A DNA stretch of 63,904 nt from Rhina ancylostomus (Eukaryota). A program made the position numbers and the translations under genes. The DNA lies in assembly GCA_030265395.1 (NCBI GenBank), contig JARFYF010000050.1:21097919-21161822 (forward strand). Direction: 5' to 3'. Below, piece after piece: positions 36,746 to 48,388 of the stretch. The notes beneath the pieces are model-generated. The model had not been told where the DNA came from. It ran no database searches and worked only from the letters and a program-made list of their open reading frames with translations. How positions within the stretch are numbered: position 1 is the stretch's first letter; the number at the start of each line of letters is the position of its first letter.

Positions 36746-39272
36746 ACAGGAAGATCAGTTATCATAAATTAAAAGAGCAAAAAATTAGCTTCCCAAATGC
36801 AGGTAACATTAAGTTTCAAGATTCCTTTTCATTATCTCGGTGATCATTCTGTGTGGAGTGTTACCTGTAAAGCGCTTTGATTGAAAGCAGAACAATGCAA
36901 AAACCGATGCCCTTTTCTTTAGCTAAGAGACCGCTTTCTACACTGTGCATCAGTCATTTCCATACCCCGGCATCGAGGAGAGTCTCCCTTTCCTTTGGGA
37001 CTCTCTGTCTCTGCGCCTTGTGTCTGCATAGAAAGTGAATGACGTGCACAACTCTTGCTAGCTCGAGGTCATTCTGTGCCCTGACGGAGAGTGTCATTCC
37101 ACACACACAGGGAGCGAAAACAACGACATCCACTGGTAGTTTATCAATAGCAAGCAGGCATTCTTTCACATGGAGCTCCAGCCACAGAACGAGCCCAATT
37201 AGACTGTTTACAGCCTCTGCAATCATTGAACACGGCTCGTTCAAACTGCTGTTGTCTGATTCTATAGTGTGGGGATTCACGTATGAAAAATCTATTTTAA
37301 TGAGCAAGAAAGATTTAATTTGGGCACGTAACAGTGTAGACTGATAGCGGAAAATCATTCCGGATGATAACTGCTGTGCAATAATATTCCCAAAAATGTG
37401 CAGTTCTATTGCAGTGGAGATTGGAGGTGTGGACACGATTACAGGAGAGTTGCAGGTAGTTATCAATGTCGTTCTGTAATGCCGCTCTATTCCCGCGGGT
37501 TCACTGGGATGCTGGGTTGCATCGCAAATCCACCGTTATTTTCCCACCAACAATATTTTACAATTTATACACTCATTACATCCGCAGAAATCATGAGTTT
37601 TTTTACGTAGGTTTCGGCAATATTTCCGTTCTTTAAATCTTTGGCAGGAGTATCAAGAAGACTTCAAATATCATGGTCTGTGTTTAAAATGGGGTAACGC
37701 ACCCTCAAATCATTTATTTGGTATTCAATTAGATTTTTTTCAATATTCACACTTTCCACGCTGAAAATTAGAACACGTGCTTATGTATCGAATTATGGTT
37801 TACATGCGATAAGACCGCTGTCATATAAATACCAAAAGTATCCCTACCACTGTGTGTGGGAGTAGAAAACGAAAGCTGTACCCTACAGAACGTGTAAGAT
37901 CACATAAACGAATTGATTCCACCAGCCACCTGTCCTTTATTTAACTACATTTTCCCTGAAAAGCGACTATGCTCGTCCAAATGATGGTTTACGGTGTCAT
38001 CAGTATCGCCCCCTCCTAATTAAGTGGGATACACAGAACTGCCAAAGGAAACCCTTTATAAACACGACTTGTTGGTCTAGAATTTAACGCATATCAAGAT
38101 ACAACTACAAAAAGTGCAATTAAAATGTTAATGCGCGTAATAATGGTCGAGGAAGGCATTCCGCACCAGTTTTGTTACAACACAAAAGACTGCTACAAAT
38201 TCACATGTAAACGATGATTGACACTGCAATGAAATTGTTAACTCGGAGACAGCGCAAGGCCGCTTCCAAAAAGTTGCTGAATAAAAAAAAAGTGCTCACG
38301 CAGACGAAACAAAAGCGAGAAAGGAACTGCAGTTTCCAGAGGTATTTCTTTATGCATGCAGTCCTAAAACCACTTGATAAAAGGGTGTCAGAAATTATCT
38401 ATAAAGCAATCCTTGTATAGTTTCGCATCCTGGATGGTGTGCGTGTGTGTGAAATGTAGCAGCATTTTTGTTTCTAGGTAGACCACACTAACTGGTCTGA
38501 ATGTAGATTATTGTAGACCCAGTGATCCTGGTCGCAGAGTAAGGTGGAGAGGTGGGGNNNNNNNNNNNNNNNNNNNNNNNNNNNNNNNNNNNNNNNNNNN
38601 NNNNNNNNNNNNNNNNNNNNNNNNNNNNNNNNNNNNNNNNNNNNNNNNNNNNNNNNNNNNNNNNNNNNNNNNNNNNNNNNNNNNNNNNNNNNNNNNNNNN
38701 NNNNNNNNNNNNNAGTCCTGCTCTCTCAGTGGGGTGGCTTTCGGATTCCAGCCGCTGTCCCTGCAGGAAAGCCCCGGCTCAGCAGCGTGGCCTGTCCCCT
38801 GTCAGCATGCTGCAGGATTTGTTAACTGTTCACCGTGAAATAGCCCATAATACCTTACCCAAATCGTTTTTACAACACGATCACCCCGGACTCATTGGGG
38901 TCGCTACCTAGATCCCAATTAGGAGGAAGACAAATCATTAACACTAATAATAGCAACTTCTAACTAGGGGGCATTTAATAAGAAGAGTCTGATTTTCTTT
39001 TCATGGTAAACACTTACAATCAATTGATCTTTTAAAAGTTTTTGTAGTCAAATTTTTGCATGGTAAAAGTTTAAACAGTTCAATGTATCTGCAGGTTTGA
39101 GGGTCACGGTCTTAAATCCAAATTTAAGGACTAATCGTGATAGATTTTTGCACAGAATGATTAGACATTAGTTTGAAACATTACATTTTCAATCCTATAA
39201 CATTTCTGAGCGTGAAACCATTTCAGAGGCTCCACTGGTTTGTTTTGGGAAACCTGTGGGCAGCATCTATTG

Positions 39273-39303
39273 AAATAATTCACCTCTAAAATAATTCACC
39301 TCT
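39273..39303. repeat. Tandem duplication of AAATAATTCACCTCT (period 16)
   Basis: Direct reading. Confidence 0.9.
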
Positions 39304-42300
39304 TTCTAGATATCTTAATCAGCAACGGTCAAACGGGTTGATATCACCCCTTATTTACGTTAAAAAGAAAATGCAGACCAAAAAATTGACAGGAATACCT
39401 TTGCAAACAAGAAATAAATAGCTTGAGTGAAGTTATTGCGAACATTTTCAGCGAAGGATTTAAAATGCTTGACTTGTTCTATCGAATTACATCGATGGAA
39501 ACTTTAGGTAATTGTTTTTTTTAAAGAAATGGAAGCGCCCTCCTCCACCGCACCCCCGCCATAGGAAACAAATAATTTCACTTTAAGTTAAATATTCTTT
39601 AGAAACAATTTTGCATATGCTTCAATTAGAGTCTCGTTTTAATCTATGAACGCATCCACTAGGCTTTTGGAATCTATCCGGTTGAAATTTATAACGTGTA
39701 AAAGTATATTAAAATCAAGTATCTTTTCCTGTAAAAATATGTTCCTTTTTTTTGTAATTTATTAGCTTACTAGATGTCCGAACTAACTCAAAGGAACCTA
39801 AAAACAAACTGCTGGACATCTGCTAAAGAACGCTGGCTTGTTTGGTGACTGCAGGTCGAATATTTTCCCGGTTGTATGTTGTAGTATGAAAGGGCCGTTA
39901 ATTATTTCGAACTACTGTAGTATTAGTCCTCTGTTCCAAACACGTATTCAGTTTAAACAGCCCAGTAACTGAGAGATTGTCTTCAATATTGTGCTTATTT
40001 TGCAGCTTCAGACGATTGACAATGCTATCAATTCCCATTTGACCGACTCATTCATTTAACTTTTACAAATGAATTCTTCAGTAATAGTTTATTCCCAGTA
40101 TTTATTTTACATAAGAAATCGAATTTATGCTTGTTAATTTGATACTCAATGAACTTTTAATCTGGCCACTACAAAAAAGGGAAACTTATTTACTGTGTAC
40201 TGTGATTCCTCCCAAAGAGAAATGAATTTCATGAAAAGTTTACCTGGATGGAAAAATCGCTGAGGATTATGGTAATTTGGTATGAATTAATTAATTAAGT
40301 ATAATTATGGATAGAATAGATCGGGAACTTTTAAATACCTATTCAGGAATTAGAAAAAAAAGTCACTTTTTGCCATTGGAAATCTGCCCCATTGATGTGG
40401 TAGCACAGGTCTTATTGATGTATTCTTGTGTCTATTATTTGTCCTTTCGGTCAAAGTGGGTAATTTTCACATCAGCCGTATCTGGTCTCAGATGCACACA
40501 GTGAATATAACACAAGGGACGAGCCAGATGACCCCTCTCCAGTTTGTTGATGGCAAGAACAATGTTCGTCTTGTCCAAACACACAGAATTGGCTGAGCAC
40601 AGTATTCCAGCCTCGCACTCCGCTGCAACTAAAGACAATCAGCAAAACGTTTGTTCTGCCAGGGAAAGCGGGACAAGCTTTTGTGCAGTGGTTCTTTTTT
40701 ATTTTACTGGAACTGCACAAAGTTAATGGAAATGATAAGGCCACTGAAGAGTTTCAAAGATTTTCCAATCTGCTGCAGTACAAAACAGAGCACAACAAAA
40801 GTGATTCTATTCAGATTTAATTATAATAGGGGTTCTAAAAGGCGTTTCATTTATTGACTTGGGTATCGAAATGCAACCGTGTCTTATCATAAGATTCGGC
40901 TCTTCTTTTATTGCACTTGGTTAAAATGACAGTTTACTGCAGAACTCATGGTCATCTTTGTGTACTGTTCTGCAACATACAATCCTTACTTTAGAAGTAA
41001 GCACGACTTTCCAACAAACTTATCATTAACCAAAGTTGTCATTTTGATGACTTTACTTTGAATCATTCCTTAACATTGATACAGAAAAGGACCTTACATC
41101 TGAGATCATTTACTATCGCTCAGGGCACATGACCTTTGTTTTGTGATTAGGCCGGCCTTCATTGAGGTGACTGCTTGCATATTCTTTACCTTTAGTTGTA
41201 AAACTAGAAATGGGAAATGTCCTTTGCTGAATCATTCTGAATTCTACTCTGGTCGATAAAAATGAACAGTTACACCAATGGAACGCGTTGAAACGATTCA
41301 TCTGAGAGTTACCCCATCCACTTATTCTTGTTATAGCTTATTATTGTTATAGCGATTCAAAGTAGGTTTATTCCCTATTTGTGAGAACAGAAGAATCCTA
41401 CAATTATACATCCATTTATTGTATTGATCGAATTTGCCCAACCCCTCTTTTCCATTAGTAACTATTATTGGCCGGTTGGATGAAATTAAACTCCCCACTT
41501 TCCAGGTTGCAGGCTACCGATTCTTTAGTAAGGCACTGAAGAAACACTTTTAAATACCCCGCCAATATTTCGTACTTTTGGGAAGGCAGTTTCTACTTGT
41601 AGATAATTTGCCATTGTGTCGCTTTTATCAAGATGGCAACTGTATAATAAACAATGCTAATTTTTATTAGATAAAAGTGTTAGTCAGTGCCACAAACGTC
41701 ATCTATTCACTTTTTACTGCATGTGTAGATTAATAAATTGCCTGCGATTGATTTGCTTAAAAATATTGTGATCAAATGTTCATACCTTCCATTCTCACGA
41801 ATCCAGGCGTGAACACTTAAAGGTTACTTTGCTTAGGTTTTGTAAATATTACTATGGTCGTATAAGTACGGATGTTTCAAGAGATGCTATTGATCAAGTC
41901 TGGAATTTGCGTTCGCGTTTCACGGGTCGGTGAACAGGCTATCTGTGAACAATTAAATAAACTACATTTAACGTTCGGCTTCATCGTCTTAGTGGATATG
42001 TTTCGTTTTAAAGCATACTGAATCCCGATTATGCGGATCAGGAAATGTCTCTTTAATTTCAAGCAAGTAAATCCTGANNNNNNNNNNNNNNNNNNNNNNN
42101 NNNNNNNNNNNNNNNNNNNNNNNNNNNNNNNNNNNNNNNNNNNNNNNNNNNNNNNNNNCGTTTGCCCTATTTTGTTTGTTAAAAGCACGAACTTCCAATG
42201 GAACAGGTCTCGAAATCAGAACTGGCCACAGCAGAGCGAGCTTCAGTCGGGTGAACAAATGGATTCTCCCTTCACCACCACCCTCACCCAACGGCCCACC

Positions 42301-44539
42301 AATGGAAGGGTTACTTCGAGTGCGGTGAGGTGAACATTGAATCGCGTCAGAATTAAATTTCGCTCTGCTGTAATGGGCCCTCTCTCCCTCAGCGTGAATC
42401 TGCAAAACAAGTAAAAGGCAAAATAAATCGAGGCATCTTTTTAAATGCAACCTTGGAGCGTCCGTTGAAAAGTTGCATTGGTATTGCCCAGTTTGCAGGG
42501 CCGATTGCACTTTCGAGCAATGAGAGTCTTTGGGAGCCCCGAGGGTTTTCAGCATTCCATCTCTGCATCATCCCCTTGGGACCAGAAGGCCGATGGTCTC
42601 TTCCCGCTTGACATGTAGTTAATATACAGATGCAAAGTTAGCTTTCCATTCTATTTCCCCTGCACACCAACCTCCACCACACTGCTACGCACCCTTGTGT
42701 GAAATCCAGCCAGCACCCTTCCCCACCCCCACCCTTACACCCACCATCCCCACCACACACACAAAAAAAGAGTTCTGCTAAGTAATTGTAGGGTTATGGA
42801 AATCCGCGAAGGCCTGTTTAAATAAGCAGCGAGTAATCGGCGGCGATTTATTCCGCGGACTGACAGTTCCTTTGAACAGTAACGGAATGGTATTTTCTGG
42901 CTTTCTGAAAGCTTTTCTTAAAGTTTTTTTTCAGATGAGACTGTAGGGATGAATGCAGGCATTATGCAGCCCAGTCGCTATTCTGAAATGCCAAATTAAT
43001 TACGAGGAGCTGCTTCTGTGCAAGATTCCCTACGAGGAAGCTTCGGTGTGAAATTATGTGTTTTAAGAAAGATTTAAACAAACACCCTCCTCAAGAAGAA
43101 CGGGAACTAAACTTTCAAATCTCTGGAGATACCAGTCGGTGCACACATTGCAACGCGAGCACTTCGCATTATTTAGCATTATAAGGACTGCACACGTGTT
43201 TGCATTCTCTCTTTGACTGCACAGCCTTCAACTATTAAATATGTCAAGCTTGGACCAAGCATCAATCTAAAGCCTTATGGGTGCCGACCAAAACTATCCC
43301 CTCTCGAATATTTACACTTTTCGTTGTCTCGACTTTCCCCGGACAGAAGGTTCCTCTGCTTTCTCCGGGTGGGAAAGCAGACTGATACTGACCTGAGTTT
43401 TACAGTTATACCCAGAACATATTCCTGCGGCTATCGTCTCTTCTGGGTAGCTTTCTTTTGGCGAGTTTGCCAAGAAATCTTTGTTGTGTGGTTTCAATCT
43501 TCTTTATAAACTCTGCCAAAATCAACACGCCAATGTTTTTACTAATAATTTCATTTTAATGGAAGGGAGGGGGCGGATCTCGGGGAACAAGTTGAAATCA
43601 ACCGGAACGGAACGCCAATTGTCAGACTTCCTCAGAATTTTATCCTTACCAATTTATTTGCTTCGCGACAGATAATGAACAAACATAACGTTATAAAACG
43701 TTTTATAAAATGCAATCAACTTACAATTACTTCCCATACGCATTCCCCTTAAAACAACATTTTTTAAAATAAAAATACAACTATAGCTTAAAAATTAGTC
43801 GCTAAATTCAGGTTAGTAACTAAAAATATGCGCAGGTTCGTCACCTTTAATGCAATAATCTGGGAAACCCTACATTGGTTCCGAGTTTTGAAGCAGAAAC
43901 TACAGAAGATTACTTCTTCAAGTCATGACCAATGTGAGCCCACGTGATGATAGCAGGAATCACGCTCTTTTGCTTTTGAATCCAAATACACCTGCAAAAA
44001 AGATCCAACCACTTTCCAAATTAACCGAAGTTGGGTGCGAATGAGGGCCTAAGTAACGATTGAGAGAAGTATTAGACGTGTATCTGCACGTTTTTTGTGT
44101 GTATGCAATGCGTAAATATTGGTCATTTCTGGGTACCTGCAGCGAGTGTATGCACACGTAAAGTTTATGTGCTATGCGGCTGTGGTTGATATTTGTTCGT
44201 GTATTTCATTGCTTTCTGAGTCAATATCTTAGATTTAATGTTTGAAGTTCTGTCCCCTGAAGAAGTGTTTCTGTTGTCACACGAGGAGACTCTTATGCAA
44301 ATGATTTATTTATAATATAGTGAATGTGACAGAGAACGATTATTGTTAAAACTAGATTGACAGAATAACTGTTACAATCTAGTAACGTGGTTTATCGTTT
44401 CCTCTGAAGTTGGACTCATTACACTAAAAAGATAAGTGATGCTTTGACAGATAACTTACCTGCAGGGACAGATATCTGCTACTGGCTTACAGTCTCTGAA
44501 GAACAGTGACGCCACTCTAAATAGAGTGTATTACATAGG

Positions 44540-44840
44540 GCGAGGTTGCTCACTGGATTTGCAATACCGAGGCCTCAACTAATGATGTGAAGATGTGTTC
44601 AGATCCCATTTTGGGGGTATTTAAATTTAGTTAATTGAATACATCTGGACTTTCAAATGCAGGTATGATTTAAGGTGGCAATAAAATTATTGGATTGTTG
44701 TAAAACCAGTCTGGTTCTCAGTGGTCCTGCACACACCTTCGAGGTCGACTCTAGTCTGCCTTCTGAAATGGCCCAGTAAATAGTTCAGGTCGGCCACGAT
44801 TGGGCTTAGACATGCAATGCTATTTCCATCTTGTGAACTT
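44540..44840 (+). mobile_element. Decayed tRNA-headed SINE
   Basis: CACTGGA...GTGTTCAGATCCCA...GGATTGTTGTAAAACCAGTCTGGTTC...GACTCT..CTGCCTTCTGAAATGGCCCAG; resembles an abundant shark SINE I recall. Confidence 0.6.
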
Positions 44841-46871
44841 GGAAAATTAATTAAATAGCCAAAAAAGTATTTTAAAATGTTAATGTATCGTCAGGTTCAA
44901 GGCCTTACAAAGCCAGATAAGTACGCAGCCGAAACCTCGACGTAAAACCACCAGCCATGTCCAAACATTGAGGGACTCTTCCTGCGCGCAACTGAACCCC
45001 AGGGCAGCTGCTTGTCACTCAGCTCTTACAGAATTAAGTGGATGTTTTGAAAATAAAATCGGTGACTTCCCCACGTCAGAGGTTTATTGCTGTTTTCACA
45101 CGGAGAACGCCTTTCATGAGACAGTGGGATGTCTGCAGCCATCCATAGTTTGTCCCACTTTCTATGGAGGATACGGTTAGCAGACAAACATAACGCGTAA
45201 ATGTTGGAGAGCGTTGACACGAATGATAAGAACAGTCGCTGGAAATCAGACCATAATCAGCTTAGATGGTTATCATTTTAAGTGTTTTATCAAACTATCA
45301 GATTAGTCTTGTCTCAACAAAGGATAATAATGAATAAACAAAATACGTTAAAGAATCTAAATCGAAAATGCCCCGCTTCTGCACTTTCTCTTCTTCATGT
45401 CCGTCCTTCAATCTTTTAGACAACAATCTTGAAAAAGAAAAGATTCCTCATTTATTAAGATCCGTACAAGATTTTCATCTAGTGATCTGCTTATTGCGGT
45501 AATGGTTGGAGGTGGTCTCCATCATACCACCATACTCTTGAAGAGTTGAGTTTAAATTGACAGCATCGCCTGTGCCCAATTTGCAGCATTGGTCGAGCGG
45601 CACTTTCATTGAAAGCTTGGATATCCCATCATCGCAACTGACCAGACGAACACAATTTTCTCCGCAATGTCCTTGCCTTGCGATAGCCAGCCATCAGATC
45701 TACCATGGAAACCCATAAGGAAAATCATTTCTCTCAATAAATACTTTCAGAAACCATTGACATTATTATCTCCCTAAAAGTCTCTGAAGCAGAATTTTAG
45801 CAGAACGTTCATTCCTGTTAACCGGCGACCAGTTCGTGTGGTTCAATACAACTGGCGGACTTCTATCCACGTGTAAACAATTTACCAAATTTCGCGTGCG
45901 CATTATATGGAGGGTGTTGCATTCTCGTTTTGTGCAACAGTACAATCAGAATTGCCGATGACTTCTTCACCGTGCAACGATTGTTACATCTTAAGACCAG
46001 TAAGAGGTATGAGATGAGATCCTGAAGATCGGACTATCATTTGGATTCAAAGCACGAGCCTTAAGAGTAAAATTATTCGAGCAAATGTGCACTCTTCATC
46101 TAGAGGTCAGACACGGATGGATAGCGCCTGTGTCGCACACCCAATTTATAACTGAAGAATTGACGTTTATGGGTAATTAGTAATCCCTAATAAAATAACA
46201 AACCTATGGAAATAGTTTTCGGAATGAAGCATTTCATATGTAAAGTGTATCCAAGTACTTTATGTTTAACACACTACTATAACGGCGTCATCTTTTCTAA
46301 ACCATAATCTCTGAAAATGCGAACAAATAATATAGAGACCTCAATGAATGACACATTTTTCCGTGATAATAAAAATTGCAAAATTATTTAATTTCTAAAG
46401 CGCATACGAGAATTAAAAGGAAGGTAATTGGGGAATTTTCTCGTTTGCAGCTTTCCAAAAGTCAAATGTCGGACTGGCATTATCTCCCGTGCCGTTGCTC
46501 ATGATAAGTGGAGGATATCCTGTTTAATAACAAACATTAATATTCTCAACAAAGTGAGAAGGTTAAATGTTATAAGAAACATATTGTAGGAAATAAATAA
46601 GAGGAAATACTGTTTATAGCGCTCCAACTCCCTGCTTTACAGAGCACAATGGCGCCACCCAGTGCTGTTTTTGTTAGTTTCATTTCGCTCGTCCAGCATC
46701 TTAAAGAGATGCGAACCTCTCAGTTAAACAGACAATTGATATTATTTGAAGGATGGTATATTTTCTGTTAGGAGTTTTTTTATTAACTAATTTGACTCAT
46801 ACCTGAAACATATAATTGTACCTCATAAAAAGAATAACATTTAAATAGTGGAACTAGATTAGTATTTATTT

Positions 46872-47043
46872 GACAATTACAGGATTTAAAAGACATTTAG
46901 ACAGATACATGGACGGATAGGAAAGTTATAAGAGATATGGGCCAAATGCAAGCACATGGGACTAGTCCGGGTAGGCAACTTGGTCAGCATCGACGAACAA
47001 GGCCGAAGGGCCTGTTTCTGTGCTGTATAACTCCATCACTTTA
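46872..47043 (+). mobile_element. CR1 (HER1-like) 3' end
   Basis: FKRHLDRYM followed by GGCCGAAGGGCCTGTTTCTGTGCTGTATAACTC. Confidence 0.88.
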
Positions 47044-48296
47044 GAAAAGAACCCGTTTGTTTCAAGGACTCTTGACATGAAGACGAAATAAGGTTGGATA
47101 AATTTAATTTTCCTTTACGAATTGAGACCTTACGGACGGCAGGATTGTAGACTATTGTCAGTATATCGCATTCACAATGCAAACATGACAGGGTAAACTT
47201 GAACATTGTGCAGTAGACACCACTGAAAGACTGGACTCGGTGGGGTTTTAGGAAAGTGTTCTTTGTTTTCTCATTGCTCGATAGAACCAAAGGCGATGGT
47301 CTGACGGAAGATCAAGAGTGTCCCCACCTGGACAGAGATCGAAACAATTGGTGAACCTTGGTCAACACTCTCCCTTCCCGAGAAGCAGCTGCAGACATCT
47401 GTAGTTCTTGATAGTCTGGATTTATCTTTCGGTTAAGTTTTGGAGAAAGTGCTTGCAGTATGCACGCTTATATCACAGCAGGGTCAAGATCTTAAATCAA
47501 CGACGCAAGTAAACTTTGAGAATAGTAGACACCCGCTGATCCGCAAAATGCTGCCGCAGTCGTTGAAGAGTTGCGGAAATGTCTGCTAGCACTTTTGCGA
47601 ACACCTCGCACCTTATTTAAGTTATACCATGAAAGTTTATTCCACTTGATATATTTCATTCACGCCCCTCCCCCCTTCTAAACAGAAACGTCCACTGCAA
47701 GTGGGACAAAAAGAGCCCTCAGACCACCTCCCCCATTCCTTCGCCACCCCCACAGGGGAAAAGAAATTCAATTCGTTCAGCTACATATGTTCACATAAAG
47801 TAAAGCTCAAGAACCTATATTTGGAGCTACCCATTAACTTTTCCTATATGAGAGACAAAAATATACTTTAATAATACGTGGCATTTTAAAATTGAAGACA
47901 GATTATTTAATATTAATCATGAAGAAGAGAAAAGTAAAATGAAATCAGTGGAGCCTGACTGCAATAACTTATGCAGCTTTAATACTGGATTATGGGAAGT
48001 GTCTTAAATCCTGGAAAACTGAATTGCAATGAATGTATTGAAATAAATAGTGAACATTTAAACAAATGAGAAGCCTGTTTCTATGAATGTGTGGTATGTT
48101 GTGCAGCAGACCAGAGCTATGGTACAGTATAACCAGATACCGCTGGCTCAGGTCTATTCTGGTGTTCAAATCAAGGGCTGTGAAGCAATAAATTTCCTTA
48201 GACTCGGTTTATTTTTGCGGCGACCTTTTACGCAAATGCTAACCGAAATCTTAAGACCATCACAAGATTATTTGTGTAATTTTAATAATTGGTGGA

Positions 48297-48299
<3 letters not shown>

Positions 48300-48350
<51 letters not shown>

Positions 48351-48388
48351 TGTCTGTGTATGTCTGTGTCTGTGTCTGTGTGTGTGTG
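48300..48388. repeat. (TG)23 microsatellite with degenerate TG/TC extension
   Basis: Direct reading. Confidence 0.97.

Noticed and set aside
36954-37466. 170-aa minus-strand ORF upstream of ntn1
   Set aside because: Non-ATG start, no recognisable domain, lies in UTR/promoter DNA.
43929-43946. CCAAT...CCACGTG resembling an ER-stress element
   Set aside because: The spacer is 6 nt; ERSE requires 9.
46104-46128. REST/NRSE-like half sites (also ~32287)
   Set aside because: Only one half matches and the spacing is non-canonical.
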